Assembly: GCA_028696075.1 (NCBI GenBank)
Contig: JAQVHS010000003.1
Location: forward strand, 121,639 to 185,638
Origin: Candidatus Gastranaerophilales bacterium
Lineage (GTDB): Bacteria; Cyanobacteriota; Vampirovibrionia; Gastranaerophilales; JAILCC01
Length of the DNA: 64,000 nucleotides
Direction: 5' to 3'
Below are positions 1-9,802 of this stretch, one piece after another; within the stretch, counting starts at the first letter, position 1; every line of letters begins with the position of its first letter. A program made the translations under genes and the position numbers. Under the pieces are notes generated by a model. That model searched no databases, had not been told where the DNA came from, and was given only the letters and a program-made list of their open reading frames with translations.

Positions 1-1236
1 ACAAAAGGCGGCAACACAGAAAGAATAAGCTCGTTTGTTGATAGTTTAAATCAGATTGAAGTTTTATCAGGCAAAAATAACTGGGTGCCGATTTCAGGAC
101 TTAAAGACAACAAAGCTTTGCTCCAGGGTATAAAAGATGCAATAGGAAAAAACGATAAAAAGCTGGTTGAACAAGCTACAGATAAACTTATAGAACAACT
201 GGGCGGTTCAAGAAACATAAAATTTGCCGATGGGGTTCTGCCTCACAGCGCCTTGAGCGGTATAAAAAAACTGGACATATCTTCATCAAATATCAAAAAT
301 CTTACAAGAGATATGAACGATATGGCAAATACGTTTATTAAAATGAATGACAACCAAATTGCTGCTTTCAGCAAGAAATTAACTAAACTTATCAATACCA
401 AGAGTTTCTTAGGTTTAGCCGCCATCGCTGCATTAGGAGCCTCATTCCAGGCGTTCAACAGATATATTACAAAAATGAGGACCGGCAGCAGCGGGTTTGT
501 CGGAGAAATAGATTACCCTAAAAAACCGAGTTTTGGTGAAACACACCAACATAAACTTACCCATGAAGAAAGGAAAAAACTAAACTTTCATAAAATGCTA
601 AGCGTTATGGGACTGGCTGCACTGGCTTTAGCATCATTCGGTAAACGTCCGAGCGTAGGAATGTTCCAATTTAACGGTATTTTGCCAACCCTTAACCAGT
701 GCCGCGCTATTACGCTGTTTACTTTTGGCGGCAGGCTTGTATCCAGCGAAAGTGAAAATGAATTAAAAGAAACAAGACTAAGAGATTTCTTAGGGTTTAT
801 CAATCTTTACTATCTGGGAGATTATGTAGCAAAAGCCGCTGCAACATGGAAGGAAAGAAACCCTGCTTTCAAAGGCAAGCTTCTTAATGAGACTAAAAAG
901 TTTGACCCGAATTCAAGCTTTATCGACAAATTCTGGCACTGGTTTAAACATACCGAATTAAAGGGCTTTGAAGAAGTAGCTAACAACCCTGCCTTGAAAA
1001 AGGCAAGAGCCTTCTCTCAAGCCTCCGGTCTTATATATTCATGTATAGTACTCGGTCTTTTAATTCCGATGTATAATAAATACAAAACATACAAAAACGG
1101 CAGAGAAAAACAAATGCTGAGAGCGCAAAAACTGCAGGAACAAGAAAATAATAATCAAAGCCCGGGGCTAAGTACACAAAAGAAAGAAATATATCAGGCT
1201 TTTTTCAGGGCAAACCAACATCAGAGGCAAAGCTAA
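1..1236 (+). CDS. Multi-pass membrane protein of unknown function, 5'-truncated by the window edge (paralog of 1238..2917)
   Basis: Frame 1 is open from base 1, with no stop before the GTG at 85, so the gene probably starts upstream of the window. Hydrophobic segments include FLGLAAIAALGASF, MLSVMGLAALALASF and GLIYSCIVLGLLIPM. It shares RTG.SGFVG, [LF]RDFLGF.N and GL[IL]YSCI.LG motifs with the next gene. Confidence 0.6.
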   Translation, partial: TKGGNTERISSFVDSLNQIEVLSGKNNWVPISGLKDNKALLQGIKDAIGKNDKKLVEQATDKLIEQLGGSRNIKFADGVLPHSALSGIKKLDISSSNIKNLTRDMNDMANTFIKMNDNQIAAFSKKLTKLINTKSFLGLAAIAALGASFQAFNRYITKMRTGSSGFVGEIDYPKKPSFGETHQHKLTHEERKKLNFHKMLSVMGLAALALASFGKRPSVGMFQFNGILPTLNQCRAITLFTFGGRLVSSESENELKETRLRDFLGFINLYYLGDYVAKAAATWKERNPAFKGKLLNETKKFDPNSSFIDKFWHWFKHTELKGFEEVANNPALKKARAFSQASGLIYSCIVLGLLIPMYNKYKTYKNGREKQMLRAQKLQEQENNNQSPGLSTQKKEIYQAFFRANQHQRQS

Positions 1237-1237
1237 A

Positions 1238-2917
1238 ATGAAAATATCACAACCCATAGACATACTAAAATATAATAAACAAGCAAAATCAGATAACAAC
1301 GAAACAACTTTTAAAAATGCTGCTTTACTCACAGCGCCGTTTATTGCTATAAACAGGCATGAACTGATTGGTCTTGCTGCTATTGATGTAACTTCAATGG
1401 GCTTGCCAAGAACTATCATTGACTTTACCAGAAATACGTACGCAGGTATGGAAACAGCTTTCAGGGAATTTTCTTCAACTCTTAATCTGAGCTGGATAGG
1501 GTTATCAGGGCTATTAACCGCAGGTTTATTGGCAATACCTATAAAAAAGAAGTATGATGTAGACTTCAAGGTAATTACAGCCGACAGCGACACTGTCGAT
1601 ACTTTTGCAAAAGCATTTCATAAAATAGTGAATAAAAATCCGGCTGCTTCTCAAAAAGAGCTTGCCGAAGAATTATTAAACACTGTTTTTGCCGATGTAA
1701 AGGGCTGGGCAGGTAACAGCAAAATGAGTACTTCTGTCTTACATTCACTGTCCTGCGAAAATAAAAATGCAATAGTTAAAACACTTTTGCAAGAAATAGA
1801 AAATAACAAAAAATTTGCATTAAAAGGAGATGTTGCTTATAAGCTGCTTGCACAAATGAACTTTGATATTCCTTCTACGGGCAATCTTATCGCTAAAATT
1901 GACGGCAAAGAGCTTATGGCAGAGGGTAAATATTTTATCAATGATGCTTATTCTCTTACTAAAGCATTTATACAGAAGAATGTTGTAGAACAATTCGCAG
2001 GAAGTGCGGATACAGCTTCCAATAAATTCCTCAAAAGTTTTTCAAAACTGGCTGTAGGTAAGACTATATTAGGTTTAACTTTAATCAGTGGCATAGGTTT
2101 TTCTATACAAAAATTCAATACCTATATGACTAAAAAGCGCACAGGTGTGAGCGGTTTTGTCGGTGATCCCAATTACAAAGCACAATCTGCCAATGTAAGT
2201 AATGATAATAAAACTCAGGAAAAACAAAAGAGTATCCTGCCTCATAAGCTGGTTACGGCTTCCGTAATAGGATTTTTCGTATTCAAAACAATCGGCCCGA
2301 AAAACCCAGGGGATTTTCTCAAGAAAATACAGTTTAAAAGTTATCTTCCTACATTAGACCAAATAAAAGTCGTCTACGGAACTACTATTATAGGGCGATT
2401 GTTAGCCGCAAGAAATAAAGATGAAGTTCGGGAAACTGCTTTCAGAGATTTCTTAGGCTTTACAAATTTCTTATTATTAGGCGCTTTAGTAACAAAACTG
2501 TACGTGAACTGGAAAGATAAATCCTTAATTAATTATGATGAAAAAGTACACGGAAAAGGCTTCTTAAATTGGATAAAAAATTCAAGCATTAAATCTCCCG
2601 AAGAAATAATCAATTCAGGATTAAAACATAATGTCATACAAGACAATAAACTTCTGCCTGTAAAACAGCTGTTCAAAAATAACTGGATAAAACCCGAAGG
2701 CGAAATTGCCAAAAGACTTTCTGTTACTAATACTTCTAAACTGATAGGATTGTTATATTCCTGCATTGCGCTGGGTATTGCGGTTCCTTTGATTAACAAA
2801 TGGATAACAAATAGGAAAACCGCTGCAAAATCCGCTGTAACAATTGCAGAAGTGCAACCGTCTCAGGAAACTAAAAATAAAGCGGTTTCAGAATTTTTAA
2901 AAGCTTCCTTCAAATAA
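1238..2917 (+). CDS. Multi-pass membrane protein of unknown function (paralog of the preceding gene)
   Basis: 559-aa ORF starting 1 nt after the previous stop. The C-terminal ~300 aa are colinear with the upstream protein (KKRTGVSGFVGDPNY, FRDFLGFTNFLLLG, GLLYSCIALGIAVPLINKW). I recognise no family. Confidence 0.6.
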   Translation: MKISQPIDILKYNKQAKSDNNETTFKNAALLTAPFIAINRHELIGLAAIDVTSMGLPRTIIDFTRNTYAGMETAFREFSSTLNLSWIGLSGLLTAGLLAIPIKKKYDVDFKVITADSDTVDTFAKAFHKIVNKNPAASQKELAEELLNTVFADVKGWAGNSKMSTSVLHSLSCENKNAIVKTLLQEIENNKKFALKGDVAYKLLAQMNFDIPSTGNLIAKIDGKELMAEGKYFINDAYSLTKAFIQKNVVEQFAGSADTASNKFLKSFSKLAVGKTILGLTLISGIGFSIQKFNTYMTKKRTGVSGFVGDPNYKAQSANVSNDNKTQEKQKSILPHKLVTASVIGFFVFKTIGPKNPGDFLKKIQFKSYLPTLDQIKVVYGTTIIGRLLAARNKDEVRETAFRDFLGFTNFLLLGALVTKLYVNWKDKSLINYDEKVHGKGFLNWIKNSSIKSPEEIINSGLKHNVIQDNKLLPVKQLFKNNWIKPEGEIAKRLSVTNTSKLIGLLYSCIALGIAVPLINKWITNRKTAAKSAVTIAEVQPSQETKNKAVSEFLKASFK

Positions 2918-2946
2918 AATACTTTTCATGATATCCTAATTACTAC

Positions 2947-3017
2947 GGCGGCATGGCCAAGTGGTAAGGCAGGAGCCTGCAAAGCTTTTACCCCCAGTTC
3001 GAATCTGGGTGCCGCCT
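2947..3017 (+). tRNA. tRNA-Cys (anticodon GCA)
   Basis: Hand-folded cloverleaf: acceptor ggcggca/tgccgcc, anticodon loop ctGCAaa, T-arm cccag-ttcgaat-ctggg, 4-nt variable loop. It has discriminator U73 and an A13-A22 mismatch, both typical of bacterial tRNA-Cys. No CCA is encoded. Confidence 0.9.
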
Positions 3018-3089
3018 TTTAAAGATTTTACACTTTTATTTCCAGGATTTTCTGTTTTCTAAATTTAATAAACAGAATAAAGAATATCA

Positions 3090-3410
3090 CTAATTATTAT
3101 GACTTGTGATATCTGTTTTGATATATTCACAAAGCTCTTCCAGCCTTTTGTCTTCCATAAACTTTATTATTTCAGCGGAATTTTTGACTTTACCTAACGC
3201 AAGAGCAATCTCCGCAAACAAAACACACTCATTACAAAAAACTTTATCTCCGTAAGGAATGGAACCTGCTCTTGCTGCAGTTTTCGCACAACAATCGCAT
3301 TGGAATTCTTCAAACTCGCTTGAAGGGTCGTCTTCTATATCATCCAAACGCATTTGCTGAACCACTTTTTGCATATTCGCTATAAACTCTTCCTTTTCTT
3401 TATCGTTCAT
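3090..3410 (-). CDS. Small acidic Cys-containing protein, possible zinc-ribbon, unknown function
   Basis: 106-aa ORF with FQCDCC...(18 aa)...CNEC, i.e. two Cys pairs. No family recognised. Confidence 0.45.
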   Translation of the reverse strand: MNDKEKEEFIANMQKVVQQMRLDDIEDDPSSEFEEFQCDCCAKTAARAGSIPYGDKVFCNECVLFAEIALALGKVKNSAEIIKFMEDKRLEELCEYIKTDITSHNN

Positions 3411-3518
3411 AAAAAACTCCTTCGGTTTGAAATAACTATAACATAAATTAGCATTGTAAGACTAATATTCTATTCGAAAATCTTGTCTTGTTAAAATATC
3501 ACCGAAGGTGGTAAAATA

Positions 3519-4619
3519 ATGGCAGGTATTTTAGTTTGGGTAAAAATGGCAAAAGTAGAATTTAAAAACGTTAACAAATCTTATGACAAAAAAACAAACA
3601 CTATAGAAAATCTGAATTTAGAAATTAAAGACAAAGAATTTTTAGTATTGGTAGGACCTTCAGGATGCGGCAAATCAACTATTTTAAGGATGATAGCAGG
3701 GCTTGAGGATATAACCAAAGGCGAACTTTTAATAGATGATACCGTTGTTAATTCAATGCACCCAAAAGACAGAGATATTGCAATGGTATTCCAAAACTAC
3801 GCCCTGTACCCTCATATGACGGTCAAAGAAAACATGGCTTTCGGGCTTAAGATGCGTAAATTCAAAAAAGATGAAATCGAAAAAAGAGTCATAAATGCCG
3901 CCAAAATTTTGGATTTAGAACAATATCTTGAGCGCAAACCAAAACAGCTTTCAGGCGGTCAACGACAAAGAGTTGCTCTTGGCAGAGCAATGGTCAGAAA
4001 CCCTAAGGTTTTTCTGATGGACGAACCGTTATCAAACCTCGATGCCAAGCTCAGAGTTCAAATGAGAAGCGAAATTAAAAAACTTCATCACGACATAGAC
4101 GCAACAATAGTTTACGTTACCCATGACCAGGTCGAAGCGCTTACTATGGGTGATAGGATTGTTATTTTAGACAAAGGAATAATCCAACAGATAGGAACGC
4201 CCGAAGAAGTTTATAACAACCCTGAAAATATCTTCACGGCAGGATTTGTAGGTTCTCCTGCGATGAATTTTTTTGAAGCCGTACTAACTAATGACAATAA
4301 AATAGAAATACTGGGTCAGACTATTGCACCCGGGGATGAATTGCTGCAAATTATAAAAAATCATAATAAAACAGAGTTTGTTTTTGCAATAAGACCTGAA
4401 TATTTTGTTGAAAATTCGCCCGTAACAATAGAAATTACACCGTATCTGACAGAGCTTCTCGGCAGTGAAAAGCTGATACATTTCAGCTTTAAAGAACAAA
4501 ACATCTGCGCCAAAGTCTCAATAAACTTTAACGTAAAAGAGAATGAAAAAACAGTATTAGGGCTTGATTTAAACAAGGTTCTTTTATTTGATAAAATAAC
4601 TAAATCAAGACTACGATAA
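3519..4619 (+). CDS. ABC transporter ATP-binding protein, MalK/UgpC/MsmK-type sugar-import ATPase
   Basis: Walker [11 protein letters not shown]-loop, signature LSGGQRQR, Walker [13 protein letters not shown]-loop VTHDQ, and a C-terminal regulatory domain. AGGTGG lies 7 nt before the ATG at 3519; the alternative start is 3546 (MAKVEFKNV). No permease or binding-protein gene is adjacent. Confidence 0.85.
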   Translation: MAGILVWVKMAKVEFKNVNKSYDKKTNTIENLNLEIKDKEFLVLVGPSGCGKSTILRMIAGLEDITKGELLIDDTVVNSMHPKDRDIAMVFQNYALYPHMTVKENMAFGLKMRKFKKDEIEKRVINAAKILDLEQYLERKPKQLSGGQRQRVALGRAMVRNPKVFLMDEPLSNLDAKLRVQMRSEIKKLHHDIDATIVYVTHDQVEALTMGDRIVILDKGIIQQIGTPEEVYNNPENIFTAGFVGSPAMNFFEAVLTNDNKIEILGQTIAPGDELLQIIKNHNKTEFVFAIRPEYFVENSPVTIEITPYLTELLGSEKLIHFSFKEQNICAKVSINFNVKENEKTVLGLDLNKVLLFDKITKSRLR

Positions 4620-4704
4620 AGCAAACAGAAGATAAAACGGGTAAAAAATATTTTAAAAAGGTTGTAGTAAAATATATATAAAGACAGTTTTGAAAGGACA
4701 ATAA

Positions 4705-4968
4705 ATGGAAAAAATTCAAGTAAAAGTATGTTTAGGTACAACCTGCTTCGTTATGGGCTCATCAAATTTACAGGAATTAATGGAATTGGTGCCTGCTAAA
4801 TATGGCGATAAAGTAGAGGTTTCAGGCTCACCATGCCTTTCAAAATGTAATATCGACTGGGAATATTCAAGAGCGCCTTATGTTACGGTAAATAATGAAG
4901 TGGTTTTTGAAGCTACCGTAGAAAAAGTTATGAGAGAAATAGAAAAGCAACTTAGCTATGCAAAATAA
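4705..4968 (+). CDS. Thioredoxin-like [2Fe-2S] ferredoxin (NuoE/HydC-like small subunit)
   Basis: 87 aa with C-x4-C...C-x3-C (CLGTTC...CLSKC), typical of NuoE-type 2Fe-2S domains. It overlaps the hydrogenase gene by 11 nt. Confidence 0.7.
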   Translation: MEKIQVKVCLGTTCFVMGSSNLQELMELVPAKYGDKVEVSGSPCLSKCNIDWEYSRAPYVTVNNEVVFEATVEKVMREIEKQLSYAK

Positions 4969-6421
4969 AAATAATCAGGCAACACACCTGAAAAAAGAAA
5001 TATTAATACGAACAATAAAGGCATTTTTGACAGATGATTTTCCCGCTAAAGCAAGGTTAATCCCCTACGATATGCGCCCAAAAGGGTGTGCTGTTCCTTT
5101 CAGGTGCTGTGTATATAAAGAAAGAGCTATATTAAAAGAAAGAACTATAGCTGTCCTTGGCTTTTCCATTGAAGAATATGATGAAAGAATTTCATTATCA
5201 TCATATGCACAAAAAGCATTAAAAAGGTCAAAACCTGAAACACTTCCTTTAACAGTACTGGAAACAGCCTGCAAAGGCTGTGTTCCCAGCAGAATCCACG
5301 TAACGGATTTATGTCAGGGTTGCGTAGCCCGTCCTTGTACAACAAGCTGCAACTTCGGCGCTATAGATATAATTAACGGCAAAGCCTTAATTGATAGCGA
5401 AAAATGTAAAAATTGCCAAAAATGTATCAGTGCATGTCCCTACAGCGCCATAACAAAGGTTGTTGTACCTTGCGAAAATGCCTGCCCTGTAGGTGCTATT
5501 GCTAAAAATGAAAAAGGACATGCAAAAATTGATTTTGAAAAATGTATATCTTGCGGCAAATGTGTAAGCATCTGCCCGTTCGGAGCGGTCCACGTCAAGA
5601 GTCAGATTATAGACATTCTTAAGCACATAAAAGAAAATAAAAAAGTTATAGCACTGGTTGCCCCTGCCATTGTTGGACAACTACCCTATCCCATTGGCAA
5701 AATCAAATCAGCTATAATGAAATGCGGCTTTTGCGATGTAATGGAAGTAGCGCATGGCGCAGATATTACAACCAAACATGAGGCAGAAGATTTCAAACAA
5801 AGAATGCGGCGCGGAGACAAATTTATGACGACTTCATGCTGTGCAGCTTACAATGAGCTTGTGGATAAACACATAGAGGACATGAAGCCGTTCCGGTCAG
5901 ATTCTCATACACCGCTTTATTACACCGCTGAAATTGCAAAAAAGAAGTGTTCTGATTGCATAACAGTTTTCATAAGCCCTTGCGTGGCAAAGAAAACCGA
6001 AGGGATGAAAAACCCCAACGTTGATTATGTACTAAGCTTCGAAGAACTCGGTGCATTACTCGTTGCTAAAAAAATAGAAGTAAATAATTGCCCTGATGTT
6101 CCGTTTGAAGTCGAATCATCCAAACAAGGCAGAAATTTCCCTCTGACGGGCGGAGTTGCCAAAGCCGTTGAAGTTGCAACCAACAACGATATTGTATGCA
6201 GAAATGTATTAGTTGACGGGCTAAATATTCAATCCATACGTGAACTAAAAAAATATGCAAAGAATAAAAACTGCGAGCAGGGCAATTTGGTTGAAATAAT
6301 GTCCTGTGAAGGCGGATGTACAGGCGGCAATGCTTGTCTGAACAGCTACAAAACAGCAAGCAAACAGATAACAGAGTATGCCTCTAACGGAAAATGCGTT
6401 AATGATATAGAAATCGAATAA
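4958..6421 (+). CDS. [FeFe]-hydrogenase catalytic subunit with N-terminal 4Fe-4S ferredoxin domains
   Basis: Two CxxCxxCxxxCP ferredoxin motifs (CKNCQKCISACP, CISCGKCVSICP). H-cluster motifs are TTSCCAAY (L1 variant), SPCVAKKTE (L2) and EIMSCEGGCTGG (L3). Confidence 0.85.
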   Translation: MQNKNNQATHLKKEILIRTIKAFLTDDFPAKARLIPYDMRPKGCAVPFRCCVYKERAILKERTIAVLGFSIEEYDERISLSSYAQKALKRSKPETLPLTVLETACKGCVPSRIHVTDLCQGCVARPCTTSCNFGAIDIINGKALIDSEKCKNCQKCISACPYSAITKVVVPCENACPVGAIAKNEKGHAKIDFEKCISCGKCVSICPFGAVHVKSQIIDILKHIKENKKVIALVAPAIVGQLPYPIGKIKSAIMKCGFCDVMEVAHGADITTKHEAEDFKQRMRRGDKFMTTSCCAAYNELVDKHIEDMKPFRSDSHTPLYYTAEIAKKKCSDCITVFISPCVAKKTEGMKNPNVDYVLSFEELGALLVAKKIEVNNCPDVPFEVESSKQGRNFPLTGGVAKAVEVATNNDIVCRNVLVDGLNIQSIRELKKYAKNKNCEQGNLVEIMSCEGGCTGGNACLNSYKTASKQITEYASNGKCVNDIEIE

Positions 6422-6470
6422 TAAGCTGCCGATTACTTTATTTATGATAAAATTAGGGGTGTAAAAAGAT

Positions 6471-7946
6471 TTGGAATCGAAACTTATGAATATAACATTA
6501 GATAGCATTTTAGAAAAGTATGAAGTAGTAATAGGCTTGGAAGTACACGCCCAATTAAAAACAAAATCCAAAATATTTTGTGCGGACTCAACACAATTCG
6601 GTTGCGACCAAAATACAAACATAAGCCCTATCACGCTTGGCATGCCGGGAGTACTGCCTGTTTTAAACAAAGAAGCCGTTAATATGGCAATATTGACAGG
6701 CTTGGCTTTAAACTGCGAAATAGCAGAAACATCAAAGTTTGACAGAAAACAATACTTCTACCCTGACCTGCCCAAAGGTTATCAAATATCCCAGTTTGAG
6801 AAGCCTGTTTGCGGCAAAGGCTATCTTGAAATCAAAGGCAAAAAAATAGGCATAACAAGAGCCCATCTTGAAGAAGATGCCGGTAAACTTGTCCATGCCG
6901 GTGCAGCAGGACTTGCTGGCTCATCATATTCTTTGGTAGATTTAAACAGGGCGGGAACACCTCTTCTTGAAATCGTATCAGAGCCTGATATCCGCTCAGC
7001 CGAAGAGGCTAAAGAATATATGGAAGAACTTCGCAATATTGTGCGTTATGTAGGGGTTTGCGACGGTAATCTTGAAGAAGGCTCAATGAGATGCGATGTT
7101 AACATAAGCTTAAGACCCTTCGGGCAGAAAGAACTCGGTACAAGAGCAGAAATCAAGAATATCAACAGTTTTTCCGCTTTGAAAAAAGCTGTTGATTTTG
7201 AAATTTTCAGACAATTTGAAATTATTGAAGCTGGAGAAAAAGTTATTCAAGAAACCCGTCTTTGGAACGAAAACGAAGGCATAACAAAGTCAATGCGGAA
7301 CAAAGAAGATGCTCATGACTACAGGTACTTCCCTGAGCCTGACTTAATGCTCCTGGAAATATCTAAAGAATGGATAGCGGAAGTAAAAGAAAGAATGCCT
7401 GAACTTCCGTCGCAAAAACGTACAAGATATATGAACGAACTCGGACTAAGCGAATATGATACAAACGTAATAGTAGACCAAATGGAAACAGCTCTTTTCT
7501 TCGATAAAGCAGTTGAACTGGGTGTAAATCCTAAAATAGCTTTAAATTGGCTTATGGGCGATATTACAGGGTATTTAAAAGAGAACAGGCTTGATATAAC
7601 CCAAACAAAACTAACCCCTCAGACACTTGCGCAAATGGTTGAGATGATTGAAAATGGTACTATTTCAAATAATATAGCAAAGGATATAATAATTGAAATG
7701 ATTGAAAATGGCGTCGACCCCAAAACTATAGTAGAGAAAAAAGGCTTAAGTGTAATTTCCGATGAAGGGCAAATAGTTGAAATCGTCAAAAAAATTATTA
7801 ATAATAACCCAGGACAGCTTGAAGCTTACAAAAACGGGAAATCACAACTTTTTGGCTTCTTTGTAGGTCAGGTAATGAAAGAAACCAAAGGCAGAGCCAA
7901 CCCGCAAGTTGTAAATAAACTTTTAACAACAGAGTTATCAAAATAA
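6471..7946 (+). CDS. gatB: Asp-tRNA(Asn)/Glu-tRNA(Gln) amidotransferase subunit B
   Basis: YEVVIGLEVHAQL, RAHLEEDAGK, NRAGTPLLEIVSEPD and a C-terminal YqeY-like tail. The TTG at 6471 follows AGGGGTG by 8 nt; the alternative ATG is at 6486. Confidence 0.95.
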   Translation: MESKLMNITLDSILEKYEVVIGLEVHAQLKTKSKIFCADSTQFGCDQNTNISPITLGMPGVLPVLNKEAVNMAILTGLALNCEIAETSKFDRKQYFYPDLPKGYQISQFEKPVCGKGYLEIKGKKIGITRAHLEEDAGKLVHAGAAGLAGSSYSLVDLNRAGTPLLEIVSEPDIRSAEEAKEYMEELRNIVRYVGVCDGNLEEGSMRCDVNISLRPFGQKELGTRAEIKNINSFSALKKAVDFEIFRQFEIIEAGEKVIQETRLWNENEGITKSMRNKEDAHDYRYFPEPDLMLLEISKEWIAEVKERMPELPSQKRTRYMNELGLSEYDTNVIVDQMETALFFDKAVELGVNPKIALNWLMGDITGYLKENRLDITQTKLTPQTLAQMVEMIENGTISNNIAKDIIIEMIENGVDPKTIVEKKGLSVISDEGQIVEIVKKIINNNPGQLEAYKNGKSQLFGFFVGQVMKETKGRANPQVVNKLLTTELSK

Positions 7947-7955
7947 AGGATAATA

Positions 7956-8540
7956 ATGAATTTTTTAAAAGCAGTCGTTTTAACAGTTCTGTTAATTTTT
8001 GTCCAAACCTGCTATGCAAGTGTAGGAAATTTGAAAATTGATTACGGAAATAAACCGTTAAAAGGCTCTGCTGTAGAAAACACACAAACGTCCTCTACCC
8101 CTGTGCTTAGCGGAGGAGTCAGTAAATTACAGGAACTTCCCAAAGCCATGTATGGGATTTGGAAAGTTGAGGGGACTTTGCTTGAAACCAATACCCCTGA
8201 TGTTTACCTTCAAACCACATCTGACATATGGGTTTTAAGCCAAAGCGGACCTATCGTAACAATATCAAACCCAAAGAACGGGGCGACAGCTTCCATTACA
8301 ATTAATGAGGTTATAAATAATACCGCCACGTTTAGCAGACAAATTTCCGGGTATAATAGAAAAGAAACCGAACAGGTAACTATTACCGTTAATGGCGATA
8401 TCTTTACGGGGACAGATACTATAATCTCGGAAACGTCTTCCTGGGCGGGGTCGTCGCTGGTCATGACTTCTAAATACAGAATCAAAGGTACCAGACAATC
8501 AGGTAACAATTTTAATACTACTAGCAAATTCTGGTATTGA
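7956..8540 (+). CDS. Secreted protein of unknown function
   Basis: 194-aa ORF with a Sec-type signal peptide (MNFLKAVVLTVLLIFVQTCYA). The rest is Thr/Ser-rich and beta-strand-like. Confidence 0.55.
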   Translation: MNFLKAVVLTVLLIFVQTCYASVGNLKIDYGNKPLKGSAVENTQTSSTPVLSGGVSKLQELPKAMYGIWKVEGTLLETNTPDVYLQTTSDIWVLSQSGPIVTISNPKNGATASITINEVINNTATFSRQISGYNRKETEQVTITVNGDIFTGTDTIISETSSWAGSSLVMTSKYRIKGTRQSGNNFNTTSKFWY

Positions 8541-8597
8541 TTTATTTTATTATATAGTATAACCTTATATTACAAACACTAAAGGAGCGGTTTAGTT

Positions 8598-8756
8598 ATG
8601 GTTAAAGACTTTCAATTAAAAGAGGTAACTCGCAAAAGAATTACTCTGGACGACAAAGAAGTAAACAATTTTACCCTTAGCTTCAACAACAATGAAGCAA
8701 CTAAACAGATAGAACTTACCGGTGATAGCGATTTAAAAGTTGTTATTAACGTGTAA
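8598..8756 (+). CDS. Small protein (52 aa), unknown function; not in the supplied ORF track
   Basis: The ATG at 8598 is preceded by AAAGGAG with a 10-nt spacer. Translation is MVKDFQLKEVTRKRITLDDKEVNNFTLSFNNNEATKQIELTGDSDLKVVINV, with the stop at 8754-8756. It lies in an otherwise empty 260-nt gap. Confidence 0.45.
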   Translation: MVKDFQLKEVTRKRITLDDKEVNNFTLSFNNNEATKQIELTGDSDLKVVINV

Positions 8757-8800
8757 TAAGTGTTATAATTGCTTCATCATAGAGCAATTGAGAGGTTTTC

Positions 8801-9802
8801 TTGACAGGAAAAGTTATTAAAATATTCTCGGATTTTTATTATGTCAAATCCGGCGATTTTATTGTTGAGTGCAAACTAAGAGAATTTTTTAAAAAAGCAG
8901 GAATTAGCGTTTTAGTTGGTGATAACGTAGAGATAGAAGATTACAACCCTGTTTCTAACCAAGGCGCTATTTCGAAGATTTTGGACAGAAAGAATGAACT
9001 TGCCCGTCCTTCTGTTGCGAATATTGATATTGTAGTTCTTGTTATTTCATTAAAAAGTCCGATAATCGAATATAAACAAATTGACAGATACCTAGCGCAG
9101 GCAATACAATTCGGATTAAATTTAATTATTTGTGTGAATAAATCCGACCTGTTAATAAAAGAAGAAAAAGAAGATTTTAAAAAATTATACGAGAAACTTG
9201 GATACAAAGTAATCTTTACATCTGCAACAAAAAAAACAGGGCTTGATGAGCTAAAAAAAGAAATTGCAGGCAAAACCGCCATTTTATCGGGAGCTTCAGG
9301 GGTTGGGAAATCCAGTATTATTAACGCTTTTGACCCTGAATTATCACTCAAAACAAAAAAAATCAGCCGCAAAACTGCCCGCGGAACTCATACTACAAGG
9401 CATTGTGAACTGTTTAACATTGATAATACAACGAGCGTTTTAGATACGCCCGGGTTTAGTCTGCTTAAATTTGATAATATGCAGCCTAAAGAGGTAGAAA
9501 AATTCTTTGGCGAGATTGCAGAATATGCCTATTTTTGCAAATATTCAGACTGCTTGCATGTAAATGAAGAAGGCTGCAGTGTATTAGAGAACTTGGACAA
9601 AATATCCCAAAGCCGCTATCAGAGCTATTTGTCAATATTGGAAGAGGCAAGGCAGTACAAAGAAAAAATTAAACAACAGGGTGTTAAAACCGAATCAAAA
9701 GTAAAAACGGTTCATAATAAACAAATTTTAAAAGTTTCCACAAAAAAAAGAGATGACTCAAGAAAAAAATTAAAACAAAATCTTTCAAAGTATTTTGATT
9801 AA
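8801..9802 (+). CDS. rsgA: Ribosome small-subunit-dependent GTPase A
   Basis: Circularly permuted GTPase: NKSD comes before GASGVGKSS, and DTPGF is present. It has an N-terminal OB region and a Zn knuckle (CKYSDCLHVNEEGC). A Lys-rich C-terminal tail is present. The start is TTG. Confidence 0.9.
   Translation: MTGKVIKIFSDFYYVKSGDFIVECKLREFFKKAGISVLVGDNVEIEDYNPVSNQGAISKILDRKNELARPSVANIDIVVLVISLKSPIIEYKQIDRYLAQAIQFGLNLIICVNKSDLLIKEEKEDFKKLYEKLGYKVIFTSATKKTGLDELKKEIAGKTAILSGASGVGKSSIINAFDPELSLKTKKISRKTARGTHTTRHCELFNIDNTTSVLDTPGFSLLKFDNMQPKEVEKFFGEIAEYAYFCKYSDCLHVNEEGCSVLENLDKISQSRYQSYLSILEEARQYKEKIKQQGVKTESKVKTVHNKQILKVSTKKRDDSRKKLKQNLSKYFD

Noticed and set aside
1168-1593. A 141-aa minus-strand ORF spanning the junction of the two membrane-protein genes.
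   Set aside because: It is antisense to two well-supported paralogous genes and has no motifs or start context.
3519-4619. The orphan MalK-type ABC ATPase with no permease or binding protein, as a possible novel system component.
   Set aside because: Stand-alone MsmK-type ATPases that energise several sugar importers encoded elsewhere are well known. All motifs are ordinary.
2947-4700. tRNA-Cys as an integration hotspot with an adjacent genomic island.
   Set aside because: I found no integrase, no direct repeat of the tRNA 3' end, and no phage or plasmid genes downstream. The neighbours are an unknown small protein and an ABC ATPase.
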